Below are positions 1 through 9,723 of a DNA stretch of 64,000 nucleotides, one piece after another (positions within the stretch are counted from its first letter, which is position 1; the number at the start of each line of letters is the position of its first letter). The stretch comes from a virus, in IMG/VR virus record IMGVR_UViG_3300043568_000598, positions 21,431 through 85,430 of that record. One strand, written 5' to 3'. The translations under genes were made by a program, and so were the position numbers. The notes below the pieces were generated by a model. The model saw only the letters and a list, made by a program, of their open reading frames with translations. It was not told where the DNA came from and searched no databases.

Positions 1-1603
1 TATTTTCTTTAAGATACTGATAGTGCGATGGTGCAGTTTCCGTTAGAGAGTTGATATATTCTTTCTTTTGATCCCAGTAGTCCTGAGTTTGACTGGTATA
101 AAACTCTGGAACTGATCCATGCCTTGATTCGATCAACATCTTAACAACTGCCATTTGTGTGGCACTCACTGGTAGCACATGCATGCCTACTAAAATATCA
201 GGCATGCCGCCCATGCTCTGATCTGCAGGCATACTATGTGTTTGGAGTAACTTGATTGCCAAATCGCCAGCTGCGGTAGGCGGTAACTGGTTTAGTTTTC
301 TATCAAACATTAATGAATCCATTTCTATATTTTCAGTAACATGTTGCCAGTATGGAGTATCTCTGCGAGAGCTAAACACATAGTGATATGTTACAAAGTT
401 CTTAAAACTTTCCATAACATAGTTGGTTACATAATTGAAATTATCAACATGAATTTTATTGATCTGTTTGTTATGCAGTGTTTCGCACAGTTTTAATAGT
501 AATTCTTGAACACTCAACAAACCAGTGCTTTCTAAAGGTTCTACAAATGCATAGGATAGACCTATACCAACACAATTTTTAACCCATGCTCGATCATGTG
601 CTCCGTTTTTGATTTCAATTAATCTAAATTCGCAGAGTTTGCTTCTTGCCGGATTAAGTACCGTCATAGCCTCACTATCAAGATAGTCTTTGTATTCTTG
701 CAGTGCATCTTCTTTGCTGATAAACTTGTCACAAAAAACATAACCACTGCCGATTCTGTTATATAGTGGAATATTCCACACCCAACCATTGTTGTGTGCT
801 GTGCAATTAGTAACGTTTTCCATTTCAATTTCTTTAATAGTGTATGGAACGTGTGTTACCCATGCATGATTATTAGGCAAATGACTCGAATACGATTCAA
901 ACGGAACACCCATAGCCTGCTCCAGTAGCAATGATCTAAATCCTGTGCAGTCAATGTACAAATCAGCTTCGAGAGTATCACCGTTATTTAATTTAAGACC
1001 GCTAATGTACCCGTCGCCGTCTTTAAGTACTTGTTCAATATGTGCTTGCACATGCACTACCCCTGCCGGAATACACAGTTTATCCCTTAAAAAGTTGCCG
1101 AACAGTGTGGCATCCATATGATAAGCAGAATCATTGCGCCAGCTGAATCCAGGAAGCTGCCCGTCTTTGTTATCAAATATTTTAGTTTGATAAATCATAG
1201 GCATTGAACTGTATACACTTTCATAGAAATCGTTAACGTCTAGTTCAGGATGCATTGTTTTCTTAACATACCAATCTGTAGCACCTTGCTGTGTATTTTG
1301 CAAGTCTTTAATTCCAAAAGGATAATAAAAAGTTTCGCCTTTCTTATAAAAATCAGTAAATTTGATAGCTAATTTGTAAGTAGCATTGCAATACTCCATC
1401 CAGTCTTCATCTTTGAGACCCAGCAATCCTAGATACTGATTAATAGTTCCGAGTGTGGATTCGCCCACCCCGATAATTGGAACGTCTGGCGATTCAACCA
1501 GCGCAATTTCCATATCTGGAAATTGTTTTGATAACATAGCTGCACTCATCCATCCCGAACTGCCACCACCGGCAATAATAATACGTTTAATTGGTTTTTT
1601 CAT
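1..1603 (-). CDS. Flavin-dependent (tryptophan) halogenase, PrnA family; 3' end runs off the window
   Basis: Not in the ORF track. Hand translation from ATG 1603: MKKPIKRIIIAGGGSSGW (GxGxxG), IGVGES, ATYKLAIKF (catalytic Lys position), GWVWNIP (WxWxIP), FVEPLESTG; still open at base 2 (...HYQYLKEN). Confidence 0.9.
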   Translation of the reverse strand, partial: MKKPIKRIIIAGGGSSGWMSAAMLSKQFPDMEIALVESPDVPIIGVGESTLGTINQYLGLLGLKDEDWMEYCNATYKLAIKFTDFYKKGETFYYPFGIKDLQNTQQGATDWYVKKTMHPELDVNDFYESVYSSMPMIYQTKIFDNKDGQLPGFSWRNDSAYHMDATLFGNFLRDKLCIPAGVVHVQAHIEQVLKDGDGYISGLKLNNGDTLEADLYIDCTGFRSLLLEQAMGVPFESYSSHLPNNHAWVTHVPYTIKEIEMENVTNCTAHNNGWVWNIPLYNRIGSGYVFCDKFISKEDALQEYKDYLDSEAMTVLNPARSKLCEFRLIEIKNGAHDRAWVKNCVGIGLSYAFVEPLESTGLLSVQELLLKLCETLHNKQINKIHVDNFNYVTNYVMESFKNFVTYHYVFSSRRDTPYWQHVTENIEMDSLMFDRKLNQLPPTAAGDLAIKLLQTHSMPADQSMGGMPDILVGMHVLPVSATQMAVVKMLIESRHGSVPEFYTSQTQDYWDQKKEYINSLTETAPSHYQYLKEN

Positions 1604-1644
1604 AAACTGTCCTAACTCCCGTTTGAATATTTAGTTGAGTACTT

Positions 1645-2277
1645 TTAGATGTAACCTACATCTTGGCTATCGCCGTTTTTCCAATAATCTCTAAGAAGGT
1701 TAAATGATATGGAAATACGAACGTCGTCTGTTTTATTTCTTTTTACAGAATGTTGTAGCCATCCAGGAAATAATAGTAATTTACCCACAGCTGGTTTAAT
1801 ATCATAGTATTTTTCAGCTATGTTTCCGAATGGAAATAGTTCTTGTTGCATCCACGGTATAGCATTCATAAGGCTAAAATTACCGTCGTTGCCAGTAGTT
1901 TGGTAATAATAAGTTCCGGAAATAAATGCATCGCTGTGCTGATGCCATTCTTGACCTTGGTCTCTGCCAGTTTTGTTGATCCAACTGTGTCGGAGAGCAA
2001 TCGGCACAGGGTGCCATGATTGTGTTTGATCAATGTATTTTTTAACGTGTGTTTCGATGTATTTTTTTAAATGTGTTAATTCAAAATCTTTAATAGAGTT
2101 AGTCCGAGATTTGATATTAGTCTGTACACCGTCCTCCCAACCAGGAGGATTATTAAAAATATCAGTTTGTTCTATTATAGGCAATTTTTTTCTTATCTCA
2201 TCCTGCACTAGAAAAATTTCCTGCATTGTTCCCTGATGTTCGTATATCAATGTAGGAAATAGCGATACAATAGGCAT
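1645..2277 (-). CDS. Putative Fe(II)/2OG oxygenase (TIGR02466-like, HxH ligand set)
   Basis: LFPT N-terminus, SWIN, WHQH, FPGWLQHSV, RISISFN. Confidence 0.8.
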   Translation of the reverse strand: MPIVSLFPTLIYEHQGTMQEIFLVQDEIRKKLPIIEQTDIFNNPPGWEDGVQTNIKSRTNSIKDFELTHLKKYIETHVKKYIDQTQSWHPVPIALRHSWINKTGRDQGQEWHQHSDAFISGTYYYQTTGNDGNFSLMNAIPWMQQELFPFGNIAEKYYDIKPAVGKLLLFPGWLQHSVKRNKTDDVRISISFNLLRDYWKNGDSQDVGYI

Positions 2278-2278
2278 C

Positions 2279-2974
2279 TTACAGTCCTAAATCTTTTAAG
2301 ATTTTTTTACGTTTAAAATATTGCCCATTAAGCGCAAACGGAACAATTCCGACTTGTTTGATATATTCTTCGTACGATACAGTGTGCATTGAGATTTTTA
2401 TATCCGACTCGGACAACGGTATTACATGTGCTAATTCTTTACCGGCCGGAATTGTTAGGTCTTTAGGAAACATAGTTTTAGGAACCAACAAGTTTACACT
2501 GGTAGTATGCTGATATTTGTAGTCGACTACGCCGTTGACTACAAATGGTTTAAATTCGTCATCATGCCAGAATGTATTAGTGTAAAGAAAATTAACCCCA
2601 GTTTTTTCTTTGATTTTCCAAGGACTATTAAGTTTTAAGTGATAAAATCCTTTGAGATATTCACCCCACTGGCTAGGATGATGTCCCTCAGCATCGTCTT
2701 CAGGAAACCATTTTAACGATCCGCCCTCTGTTCCAATCCAATAGTCTTCCCAACTTTGTAATATAAATCCAGTTCGATATAGTGTACTCACCCCCGGACA
2801 TGTTTTCATAGTACCGCGCATAGGACCTTGATGTTTAACTGTCGTGGGTAAGTTTTTCCAAAAACTAGGTAATCTTTCTTCCGCATATAAAATAGGAAAT
2901 AGTGTTTCTACTTCGGGATTGGCGGTGAAACAATCTAATACAATTTTTGATTTTTTAAAAAAGAATGAAAACAT
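2279..2974 (-). CDS. dUTPase-fold-like protein, paralogue 1 of 3
   Basis: TMKTCPGV..TGFIL, KLNSPW, GVVD, IPAGKELAHVIP; motifs shared with the next two ORFs. Confidence 0.6.
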   Translation of the reverse strand: MFSFFFKKSKIVLDCFTANPEVETLFPILYAEERLPSFWKNLPTTVKHQGPMRGTMKTCPGVSTLYRTGFILQSWEDYWIGTEGGSLKWFPEDDAEGHHPSQWGEYLKGFYHLKLNSPWKIKEKTGVNFLYTNTFWHDDEFKPFVVNGVVDYKYQHTTSVNLLVPKTMFPKDLTIPAGKELAHVIPLSESDIKISMHTVSYEEYIKQVGIVPFALNGQYFKRKKILKDLGL

Positions 2975-2979
2975 TATTA

Positions 2980-3690
2980 TTACCTATAAGTTTTTTTAGA
3001 ATGAAATAGGTCGGCATATATACCAGCCCAATAAGTACTAAGCCTATATTTAAAACTAGACCTAGCCCACTCGTCTTTATCTGAGATGTGTGTAATATTC
3101 ATCTGCCAATCTTCTCGCTTGAAAGGAAAAACCACCACTAATGGGTCTCCGGGATTGATAGTAAATGATTTTTCTTTGACAAGGCCAACAAGGCCAATAG
3201 GCTCATCGTGTTTATCAGTATCAACTACTCCTGGAAAAATTGAAAATTCTTTTCTAAATCTGTAATAGGGATCAAACAACATGCAACTATACCCCGGAGG
3301 AGTTTTAATATGCCATGGTTGATTTATTTTTAGATAATGATGCTTTTTGCCATCTTCTGCTTTGAACTGGGCTTGATGCCACGGATGTTTACCTACATGG
3401 TTGTCGGTATGTCTGCATCGATAATCAAATCCTGTAATAAAGTTTGCATCAACAAATTCTTTGATTTGAATTTCATATGTAGCACGTATAACATATCCAG
3501 TGGTCATGTAATCCAATACTGGCACACATCGTTTAATCGTAGGGGTATGAGGTTTGGTATATGGTTCAATTTCTGGTACTTCAATGGGAGTATCTTTATA
3601 CCAGTCTGGAATTACTTTCCCAGCAGGCATAGGCGGAAACATGTCAATTGCTTCTAAATCACTGCCGGAAAATGTTATTAATTTGGTCAT
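2980..3690 (-). CDS. dUTPase-fold-like protein, paralogue 2 of 3
   Basis: TIKRCVPV..TGYVI, KINQPW.IKTPPGYS, PGVVDTD, INPGDPLVVVFPF, resembling dUTPase motifs III/IV. Confidence 0.65.
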   Translation of the reverse strand: MTKLITFSGSDLEAIDMFPPMPAGKVIPDWYKDTPIEVPEIEPYTKPHTPTIKRCVPVLDYMTTGYVIRATYEIQIKEFVDANFITGFDYRCRHTDNHVGKHPWHQAQFKAEDGKKHHYLKINQPWHIKTPPGYSCMLFDPYYRFRKEFSIFPGVVDTDKHDEPIGLVGLVKEKSFTINPGDPLVVVFPFKREDWQMNITHISDKDEWARSSFKYRLSTYWAGIYADLFHSKKTYR

Positions 3691-4424
3691 TTAAATTGTT
3701 TCTCAGAATGGAATAATTTTTTATATGCATTAAACAAATAATATTTTGATTTGTTTAGTATAGTATCTGCAGTGAATTCAGATTCCCAGTTGTCTCGTTT
3801 AAATGGAATAATTTGTACTAACGGATCGCCGCAATAAAATCTAACCTCAGTATTAACTTCTGTTAAGTATCCTACCACTGGAATCTTTTGATTAAACTTA
3901 TCTGTGTCGATAATAGCAGGCATGATACTGAATTGGTTTTGAAACAAGTAGTAAGGCTGCACCACTAAACAACTGTAACCCGGGGGAGTCTGCACTGTCC
4001 ACTCGGAGTTAAATCGAAAATAGTTTGTTAAATTTTTCTTATCTGTTGATCGCATTGGGCATGTACTTTCAGCATAAATGCCGACAGCATTGTTAGGATG
4101 TAGTCCCTGCATGTCATCAGTTTTTTTAGAATCATTTATTTTGTTGCGTACTGTATTCGCGGTAACAATATTCATTTTAGGAACAAAATTTTCAATCTTT
4201 TCACTGACTCTAACTTCGTAAGTGGCTCTTAGAATATATCCGGCTGTTATAAAATCTTCAACCGGAACACAGGCTCGAATACTTTTTAAAGCATTTTCAT
4301 CGAAGCTGTATGTGTCCTTGGCTTTAGCCATATTTGCATACCACTCTGGCAGATATTCTCTAGCCGGTATAGGCTTCCAGTGTTCTAATGCAGTCTTATC
4401 GTCTATGTTAAATTTAATCTTCAT
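3687..4424 (-). CDS. dUTPase-fold-like protein, paralogue 3 of 3
   Basis: SIRACVPV..AGYIL, QTPPGYS, PAIIDTD, GDPLVQIIPF. Confidence 0.65.
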   Translation of the reverse strand: MKIKFNIDDKTALEHWKPIPAREYLPEWYANMAKAKDTYSFDENALKSIRACVPVEDFITAGYILRATYEVRVSEKIENFVPKMNIVTANTVRNKINDSKKTDDMQGLHPNNAVGIYAESTCPMRSTDKKNLTNYFRFNSEWTVQTPPGYSCLVVQPYYLFQNQFSIMPAIIDTDKFNQKIPVVGYLTEVNTEVRFYCGDPLVQIIPFKRDNWESEFTADTILNKSKYYLFNAYKKLFHSEKQFK

Positions 4425-5023
4425 CTATTAGATTTGTCTTCGTCTATTTCTATTAACCATGTGGTTAATATATATTTGTTTTTGTCCCCAATAGGAGGAT
4501 TTCCCCTGTGTGTATGAGTCCAATCAGCTGGCCATATTAACAGTTTATTTTTCTTGGGAACGATCCTAGTATTTTGATATAAAAATTCTGTTTCACCTGC
4601 ATCGTCTATATCGTTCATGTAAAGCTGTATCACAATTCTTCTTTTAGAATCCTCTCCAAGTGCTTCATAATGCCACTGATGAAAGCCACCACCTGGAACA
4701 ATTTTTTTCATCTTGATCTGTTCTACTTTATAAGATCTATCTTGTAGTATGCTAAACTTGTCAGTGTAAATAGGCATTATTTTTTGCCATAATACTTCAA
4801 GAAAATGATTTACATATTGTGGATGTAGTGTACTAATTACTTTTGGATCCAGCATATAAAGCTGTTCATCATCCTTCCAGTGTTTAGGAACGGTATCCTG
4901 TTGGTGCAATGATAAGTCGGCTATTTTATCGTAGTAGTTGATAACATCTTGAAAGTATGAGTTTTGAAAGTAGTTTTCAAATACGCCAATAAATCCTTGA
5001 AATTCATATTTTTCAAAATTCAT
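4421..5023 (-). CDS. Fe(II)/2OG oxygenase, prolyl-4-hydroxylase-like phage family
   Basis: GGGFHQWHYE, LYMND..GETEF, WTHTHRGNPP, KYILTTW. Confidence 0.85.
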   Translation of the reverse strand: MNFEKYEFQGFIGVFENYFQNSYFQDVINYYDKIADLSLHQQDTVPKHWKDDEQLYMLDPKVISTLHPQYVNHFLEVLWQKIMPIYTDKFSILQDRSYKVEQIKMKKIVPGGGFHQWHYEALGEDSKRRIVIQLYMNDIDDAGETEFLYQNTRIVPKKNKLLIWPADWTHTHRGNPPIGDKNKYILTTWLIEIDEDKSNR

Positions 5024-5685
5024 TCTATTTCTAACCTATAATTACCAGCCAACGAAATCCTAACATCGTCAGTGCTGTAAAACGGATATACTTGATGTTG
5101 CAACTCTGCAGGGAATATACAAATCTTTCCTTCAAGTTTTTTATCAACTGGAATAGGATAGTTATCAATTTTTCCAAGAGCATCAACGTACACAAACTCA
5201 AAATTAGCAGTGCGATTTTTAATCAAATCAGGATTGGCAATGTTATCTTTTTCGTCAGCTATCGTGTATGGAATAGTAGTCCATATAACAAAACTATAAA
5301 TTCCGCTATGATTGTGTAACGGCAAGAACTCACCGCGCCGTTGAAGATTTACCCATATGCGTTCAAGAGATAATTTAATTTCTTTGTTTTCAGCGTTTGC
5401 TACAGAATTAAATAATCTGTCAAAATATTGATATTTGTTCTCGTAGACACCTAATAATTTTAGTACTTCTTTATCTATCAAAGAAATTAGCTCGTCTGAT
5501 AATTTATAATTTATTGAATAGCCTTGTTGTTTTTTGTGATAAAGTCTTAATAAATCTTTAGACTCATCTAGCTCTGTTGAAAAATCCGTAAGGAACTTAT
5601 TTGTTTCTTGTTTTATTCGTTGGAATATAAACGGATTGAATGTATCCAAATATATACCAACGTTGGGTAGGCTATAAAAACTCAT
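5020..5685 (-). CDS. Putative Fe(II)/2OG oxygenase (HxH type); paralogue of 50734..51387
   Basis: WVN.Q..GEFLPLHNHSG.YSFVIW, FPAELQHQVYPFYS, RISLAGN. Confidence 0.8.
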   Translation of the reverse strand: MSFYSLPNVGIYLDTFNPFIFQRIKQETNKFLTDFSTELDESKDLLRLYHKKQQGYSINYKLSDELISLIDKEVLKLLGVYENKYQYFDRLFNSVANAENKEIKLSLERIWVNLQRRGEFLPLHNHSGIYSFVIWTTIPYTIADEKDNIANPDLIKNRTANFEFVYVDALGKIDNYPIPVDKKLEGKICIFPAELQHQVYPFYSTDDVRISLAGNYRLEIE

Positions 5686-5722
5686 ACTAATAATTATCTA
5701 AAATTAATAGCAGCGTTTGCAA

Positions 5723-7252
5723 TTATGATTGCTTACTGGTTCGACGAATAAAGTTGATAAAATCGGAATAAGTCATGTTCTCTTGTACACCACTATCTAT
5801 GATTTTTTGATACTCGTTAATAACACCGCTGACATCTGCTAATCCTATAATAGGAACGGTATTTCCAGAAAATACTTTGGCCGAAGTCTCTGGTGTGATA
5901 TGTCCTAGTCCGGCTAACACAAAGCTCCAGAGTCCCATGTCGGGGGCCGCAAATGATATATCAAGATCTCGATTTGCAGGCATTTGTGTTTTACACATGG
6001 TTAGTAAATTATCAACGAATTCAGTTTTGGTTTTTCCTGAACTAACATACTTCCAAAACTCACTGTCAGTTCTGCCTCCCATGTAATGAGCGATTAGAAA
6101 TTCTTTAGTAGCATCATACAATTTAGCAGTACGTCGATTATAGCTGTTTCTGCTGCCCGGATTCAGCGTGTCTTCTAACTTAGGTTTTAAAAATTCAAAA
6201 ACAAATGTCATCAGTTGAGCGATAGTAGTGTGTATGCTGGTAGCTTCTAACGGCTCTGCAAATGCAGCAGCGAGCCCGATTGCCAGACAATTTTTCTCCC
6301 AGACATTTTCTAGTCGTCCGGTGTCAAATTTTAGTACACGTATTGGATCAATGGGTCTGCCTAACGTGGTTTCTATTTCTGCTTGAGCTTGATCTGCAGT
6401 GATAAAATTATCATCAAACACATAACCGCAGCCCTTGCGGTGCTGACTCGGTATCTGCCACATCCATCCAGATGATTGAGCCCATGCAGTAGTGTACAAC
6501 TCTGGAATTTCATTATCTTCAAACGGCAATAAAAACGGCATTGCAGAGTTGACTGGTAAATTTTCTTTATAGCTGATCCACTTAGCATTTAATTTTTTCA
6601 TCAATACTTGTTTAAATCCGCTGGCATCAATAAAAAAGTCTCCATCGATCAGTTTTCCAGACTTTAGCAATACAGATGTTATATTTCCATTCGCAGAATC
6701 TAAATTTACATCTAACACTTCATCGTCAACTACAGAAACTCCTGGAGTTTTCAAAGTGACTTTTTTAAAGTATTTGCCAACCGCATGTGCATCGAAGTGC
6801 AATGCGGTTCCTATGCTGTCAAAGGAAAATGTTTTTTTATTAAAATTAGAAATTTTACGTTCTATTTTTTGACCTATGATTGAACTTCGGTGAACATTTG
6901 CTGGATCTGTGCTATGGTAGTAGGCGAAAATATAATCAACTATGTTATCTGATGCAGGGTTGCCACCGATCGGGCCCATATAACTTTCACCTACTGTTTT
7001 CCAATCTTTGTGATGAATTCCGTATTTTAATGTGGCTCCAGTTTCTTGGAAAAATTCCAGCAGATTGCAACCAAAGTCCCATGATTCATTTTTTAAAATA
7101 GATGTGAGCAGTCCAGTTGATCCTTCACCAGCACCCACAATACCAATAGCTGACGACTCAACTACAGTAAGAGTGTGTCCTAGGTTAGCTTTGCTGATCA
7201 TTAAAGCAGCTATCCATCCTGCGGTACCGCCGCCTACTATAACAATATTCAT
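5723..7252 (-). CDS. Flavin-dependent (tryptophan) halogenase, PrnA family
   Basis: IVIVGGGTAGW, GAGEGS, ATLKYGI, FIDASGF, GWMWQIP, FAEPLEATSI. Confidence 0.9.
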   Translation of the reverse strand: MNIVIVGGGTAGWIAALMISKANLGHTLTVVESSAIGIVGAGEGSTGLLTSILKNESWDFGCNLLEFFQETGATLKYGIHHKDWKTVGESYMGPIGGNPASDNIVDYIFAYYHSTDPANVHRSSIIGQKIERKISNFNKKTFSFDSIGTALHFDAHAVGKYFKKVTLKTPGVSVVDDEVLDVNLDSANGNITSVLLKSGKLIDGDFFIDASGFKQVLMKKLNAKWISYKENLPVNSAMPFLLPFEDNEIPELYTTAWAQSSGWMWQIPSQHRKGCGYVFDDNFITADQAQAEIETTLGRPIDPIRVLKFDTGRLENVWEKNCLAIGLAAAFAEPLEATSIHTTIAQLMTFVFEFLKPKLEDTLNPGSRNSYNRRTAKLYDATKEFLIAHYMGGRTDSEFWKYVSSGKTKTEFVDNLLTMCKTQMPANRDLDISFAAPDMGLWSFVLAGLGHITPETSAKVFSGNTVPIIGLADVSGVINEYQKIIDSGVQENMTYSDFINFIRRTSKQS

Positions 7253-7884
7253 TAATATCCTTCTTTATTATCATATGTTAACATTACGTTCATAGCAACA
7301 ACAACTCGTAAGTTACCAGTTGTGTGTGCAGGCGTATGGTGATCAAGCCACGATGGAAAAAGTAACAAATCGCCTTCCTCTACCAGCATCTGTTTTTTGT
7401 CCGGCCAATACATTTCAGGCAATTCATTTTTATTTTTTGTTGGAATAACACTTTTTATCATTCTGGCATTGGGATTCAAAAATACAGTTCCAGAATTTTC
7501 GTTGTCTAGTGTTACGTAGTGTACAGCAGACCACTGTATGGTCCTTGGCCCCCCAGTGTGATCATGCGGAAATTGGGAAGTAGAATTAGTCATCATTCCG
7601 TACCAGCAGGTTACTTTAAAAGTCCACCCTTTAGAAAAATCAATACCGGTAAATTCTAAAAATTCTCGAATGTCATCTTCGTAAAATTTTGATACTATCA
7701 TCCATGGTATTTTGTGAGCGCCCGGAACATAATCAGTGTAGGCATTAGTCACGGTGTCATTGACTCCATTCCTAACATATTGCGGATACACATTGTCCAT
7801 GAGATATTTTTTAATCTTATCGTGATTGCGCACTTTCATCTTGACCAAGTTAACTGGAAATAACGGAACAGGAGTTATCGACAT
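7252..7884 (-). CDS. Putative Fe(II)/2OG oxygenase (TIGR02466-like)
   Basis: LFPV, PHDH, EGDLLLFPSWLDH, RVVVAMN. Confidence 0.8.
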   Translation of the reverse strand: MSITPVPLFPVNLVKMKVRNHDKIKKYLMDNVYPQYVRNGVNDTVTNAYTDYVPGAHKIPWMIVSKFYEDDIREFLEFTGIDFSKGWTFKVTCWYGMMTNSTSQFPHDHTGGPRTIQWSAVHYVTLDNENSGTVFLNPNARMIKSVIPTKNKNELPEMYWPDKKQMLVEEGDLLLFPSWLDHHTPAHTTGNLRVVVAMNVMLTYDNKEGY

Positions 7885-7885
7885 G

Positions 7886-8596
7886 TTAGTCTATCCATTT
7901 AGAAAAATTATCAATGATTGGCTGCTCAAACTCATATCGATCAATAAAAAATAATAGTGTAGTACGAGGTTCTTTAACATTCACTTTGAAGGTATTTGGT
8001 CTATGCCATAGATTAGAATCATATGCTATTAGTCTATTATACGTGTTTCCTATCCGAATGGTTTCTTCAAAATGTGTGTGATTATTTTTTAAATCTTGTT
8101 TGTATTCTTCTGTTACTATACTGGTGGTGTTAAACAGTTTTCTAGATGGAAAATCAGGTACAGAAAAATCTTCTGCACCTTTCTTTAAGAAGATCGAAGT
8201 ACCACTATCAAAATTTGTTTCGTTGGGATTTAAATATACCAATCCGGCCAAGGTGACGTCGTCGTTGTGTATCCATCCAATGTTTGCATCTGCGTCGTCA
8301 TATTGTTCGTTGATATGAAAACTTATGTGTATTACAAATTGTGAAATTCCTGGGAATACTTCTCTGGCAATTTTTTTAGCAAAAAACACTGCAAAATTCT
8401 TAGTTTCCTCGTCGGTGGATTCTAATAAATTAATTGTGCGTTTTCCAGGATAACGATCCGATTTAGTATATTCTTGGTGTTGTGCAAGAGCTAACACCTT
8501 GTTTGGATTATTGAAGAAATTATTTCTACAAACAATTACTTCCTTTAGCGGGTGTTTAGTTTTATCAAAATTGTATATGGTCTGTGTATTACTCAT
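7886..8596 (-). CDS. Fe(II)/2OG oxygenase-like (DUF6445-like)
   Basis: NFF.NP, YPGKRT, WIHND (HxD), LVYLN, SGTS, YNRL..YDS.LWH, RTTLLFF. Confidence 0.75.
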   Translation of the reverse strand: MSNTQTIYNFDKTKHPLKEVIVCRNNFFNNPNKVLALAQHQEYTKSDRYPGKRTINLLESTDEETKNFAVFFAKKIAREVFPGISQFVIHISFHINEQYDDADANIGWIHNDDVTLAGLVYLNPNETNFDSGTSIFLKKGAEDFSVPDFPSRKLFNTTSIVTEEYKQDLKNNHTHFEETIRIGNTYNRLIAYDSNLWHRPNTFKVNVKEPRTTLLFFIDRYEFEQPIIDNFSKWID

Positions 8597-9174
8597 GCCA
8601 ATTTCCTACTAAGATTGAATACCATGGTAATGCGGCCTTCTGTATTATGTGTTTGAGGAACAACATGTGGTATCCACGACTCCCACATTAAAAGCAGTCC
8701 TTTTTTTGGAGTGATGGAAATTTCCTCAATATTAGTAGCTGTATCTCCTAACCTAGGCAACATGACAAAATTTCTAAACGGTCTTGGATCGCTTATAATT
8801 AACGGCGAAGATCCTTCGGGAACTTGAAGATATAGCAAACCAGATAAAATAGAATTAGGATGTGTATGTGACTCGTGATAGTTTCCTTCAAACATCTCAC
8901 TTACAAATACTTGTGTTTCAAAATTAATTTGTTGCTCGTCGTACCCTAGTTGTCTAAGGTAGTTTCTAGCAGTTTTATGTACAAGATTTTTAAATGGTTC
9001 TATGTCAGGTTGTTTTCCAAGCTGCATGGAAGTATCGAATGTATTTTTATAACCCCATCGGTGTCTTGCATAATCTGGATCGCTTAGGTATTTTTTAGCT
9101 ACAGGCAACATTGCATCTGCTAATATCAGATGTAATTCAGTAAGTACTGCTGTTGGAAAATGATACTGAATCAC
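8593..9174 (-). CDS. Putative Fe(II)/2OG oxygenase (TIGR02466-like)
   Basis: FPT, HESHTHPNSILSGLLYL, DPRP, SWIPHVV, RITMVFN. Confidence 0.85.
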   Translation of the reverse strand: MIQYHFPTAVLTELHLILADAMLPVAKKYLSDPDYARHRWGYKNTFDTSMQLGKQPDIEPFKNLVHKTARNYLRQLGYDEQQINFETQVFVSEMFEGNYHESHTHPNSILSGLLYLQVPEGSSPLIISDPRPFRNFVMLPRLGDTATNIEEISITPKKGLLLMWESWIPHVVPQTHNTEGRITMVFNLSRKLA

Positions 9175-9722
9175 ATAGGTCCTTGTGGATTACGTTGTAG
9201 ATCAAATGCCTGTAAATAATTTGGACCATCAATAGTCACGTAATGCAGAAACACTTGAATACACTCAGTTCCTTGAAAAGGATCACGCCAGTGGTAGGAT
9301 TTAGCACCTTTGTAAATTACAGCATCTCCTGGATTTAATGACACACTATCTGTTTCGCCATCGGGTTTTGTGAAATGTATAGGCCACTTATCACCTGCAA
9401 GATTCACACTTACACTAATTTCACAAGCTTCGGCATCGATATGAGATTTCAATTCGGCACCTCGTTTATACCATCTGCCATAACAATATGTGGGATATAA
9501 TCTTTCACCTACTAAGTCATTCATATAAAAAATCTTTGAAATTAGCAACTGGTGTACTATTTGACTATTGTATAATGCCGGTGAGCCGGCAACTTGTGGA
9601 TCTGCTTTAGCGAACGTTTTAATGCATTCTTTTTTAAAATTGTTTGCAACAATGCTGGCTGCGATAGGATGCAAAAAATCTTCTACTACAAAATAATTGT
9701 TTTGTTGTAAATCAGCATTCAT
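9171..9722 (-). CDS. Fe(II)/2OG oxygenase (phage prolyl-hydroxylase-like)
   Basis: LYPTY.YGR.Y, HID..ACEISVSVNL, GDAVIYKG..HWR, QVFLHY. Confidence 0.8.
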   Translation of the reverse strand: MNADLQQNNYFVVEDFLHPIAASIVANNFKKECIKTFAKADPQVAGSPALYNSQIVHQLLISKIFYMNDLVGERLYPTYCYGRWYKRGAELKSHIDAEACEISVSVNLAGDKWPIHFTKPDGETDSVSLNPGDAVIYKGAKSYHWRDPFQGTECIQVFLHYVTIDGPNYLQAFDLQRNPQGPM

Positions 9723-9723
9723 T

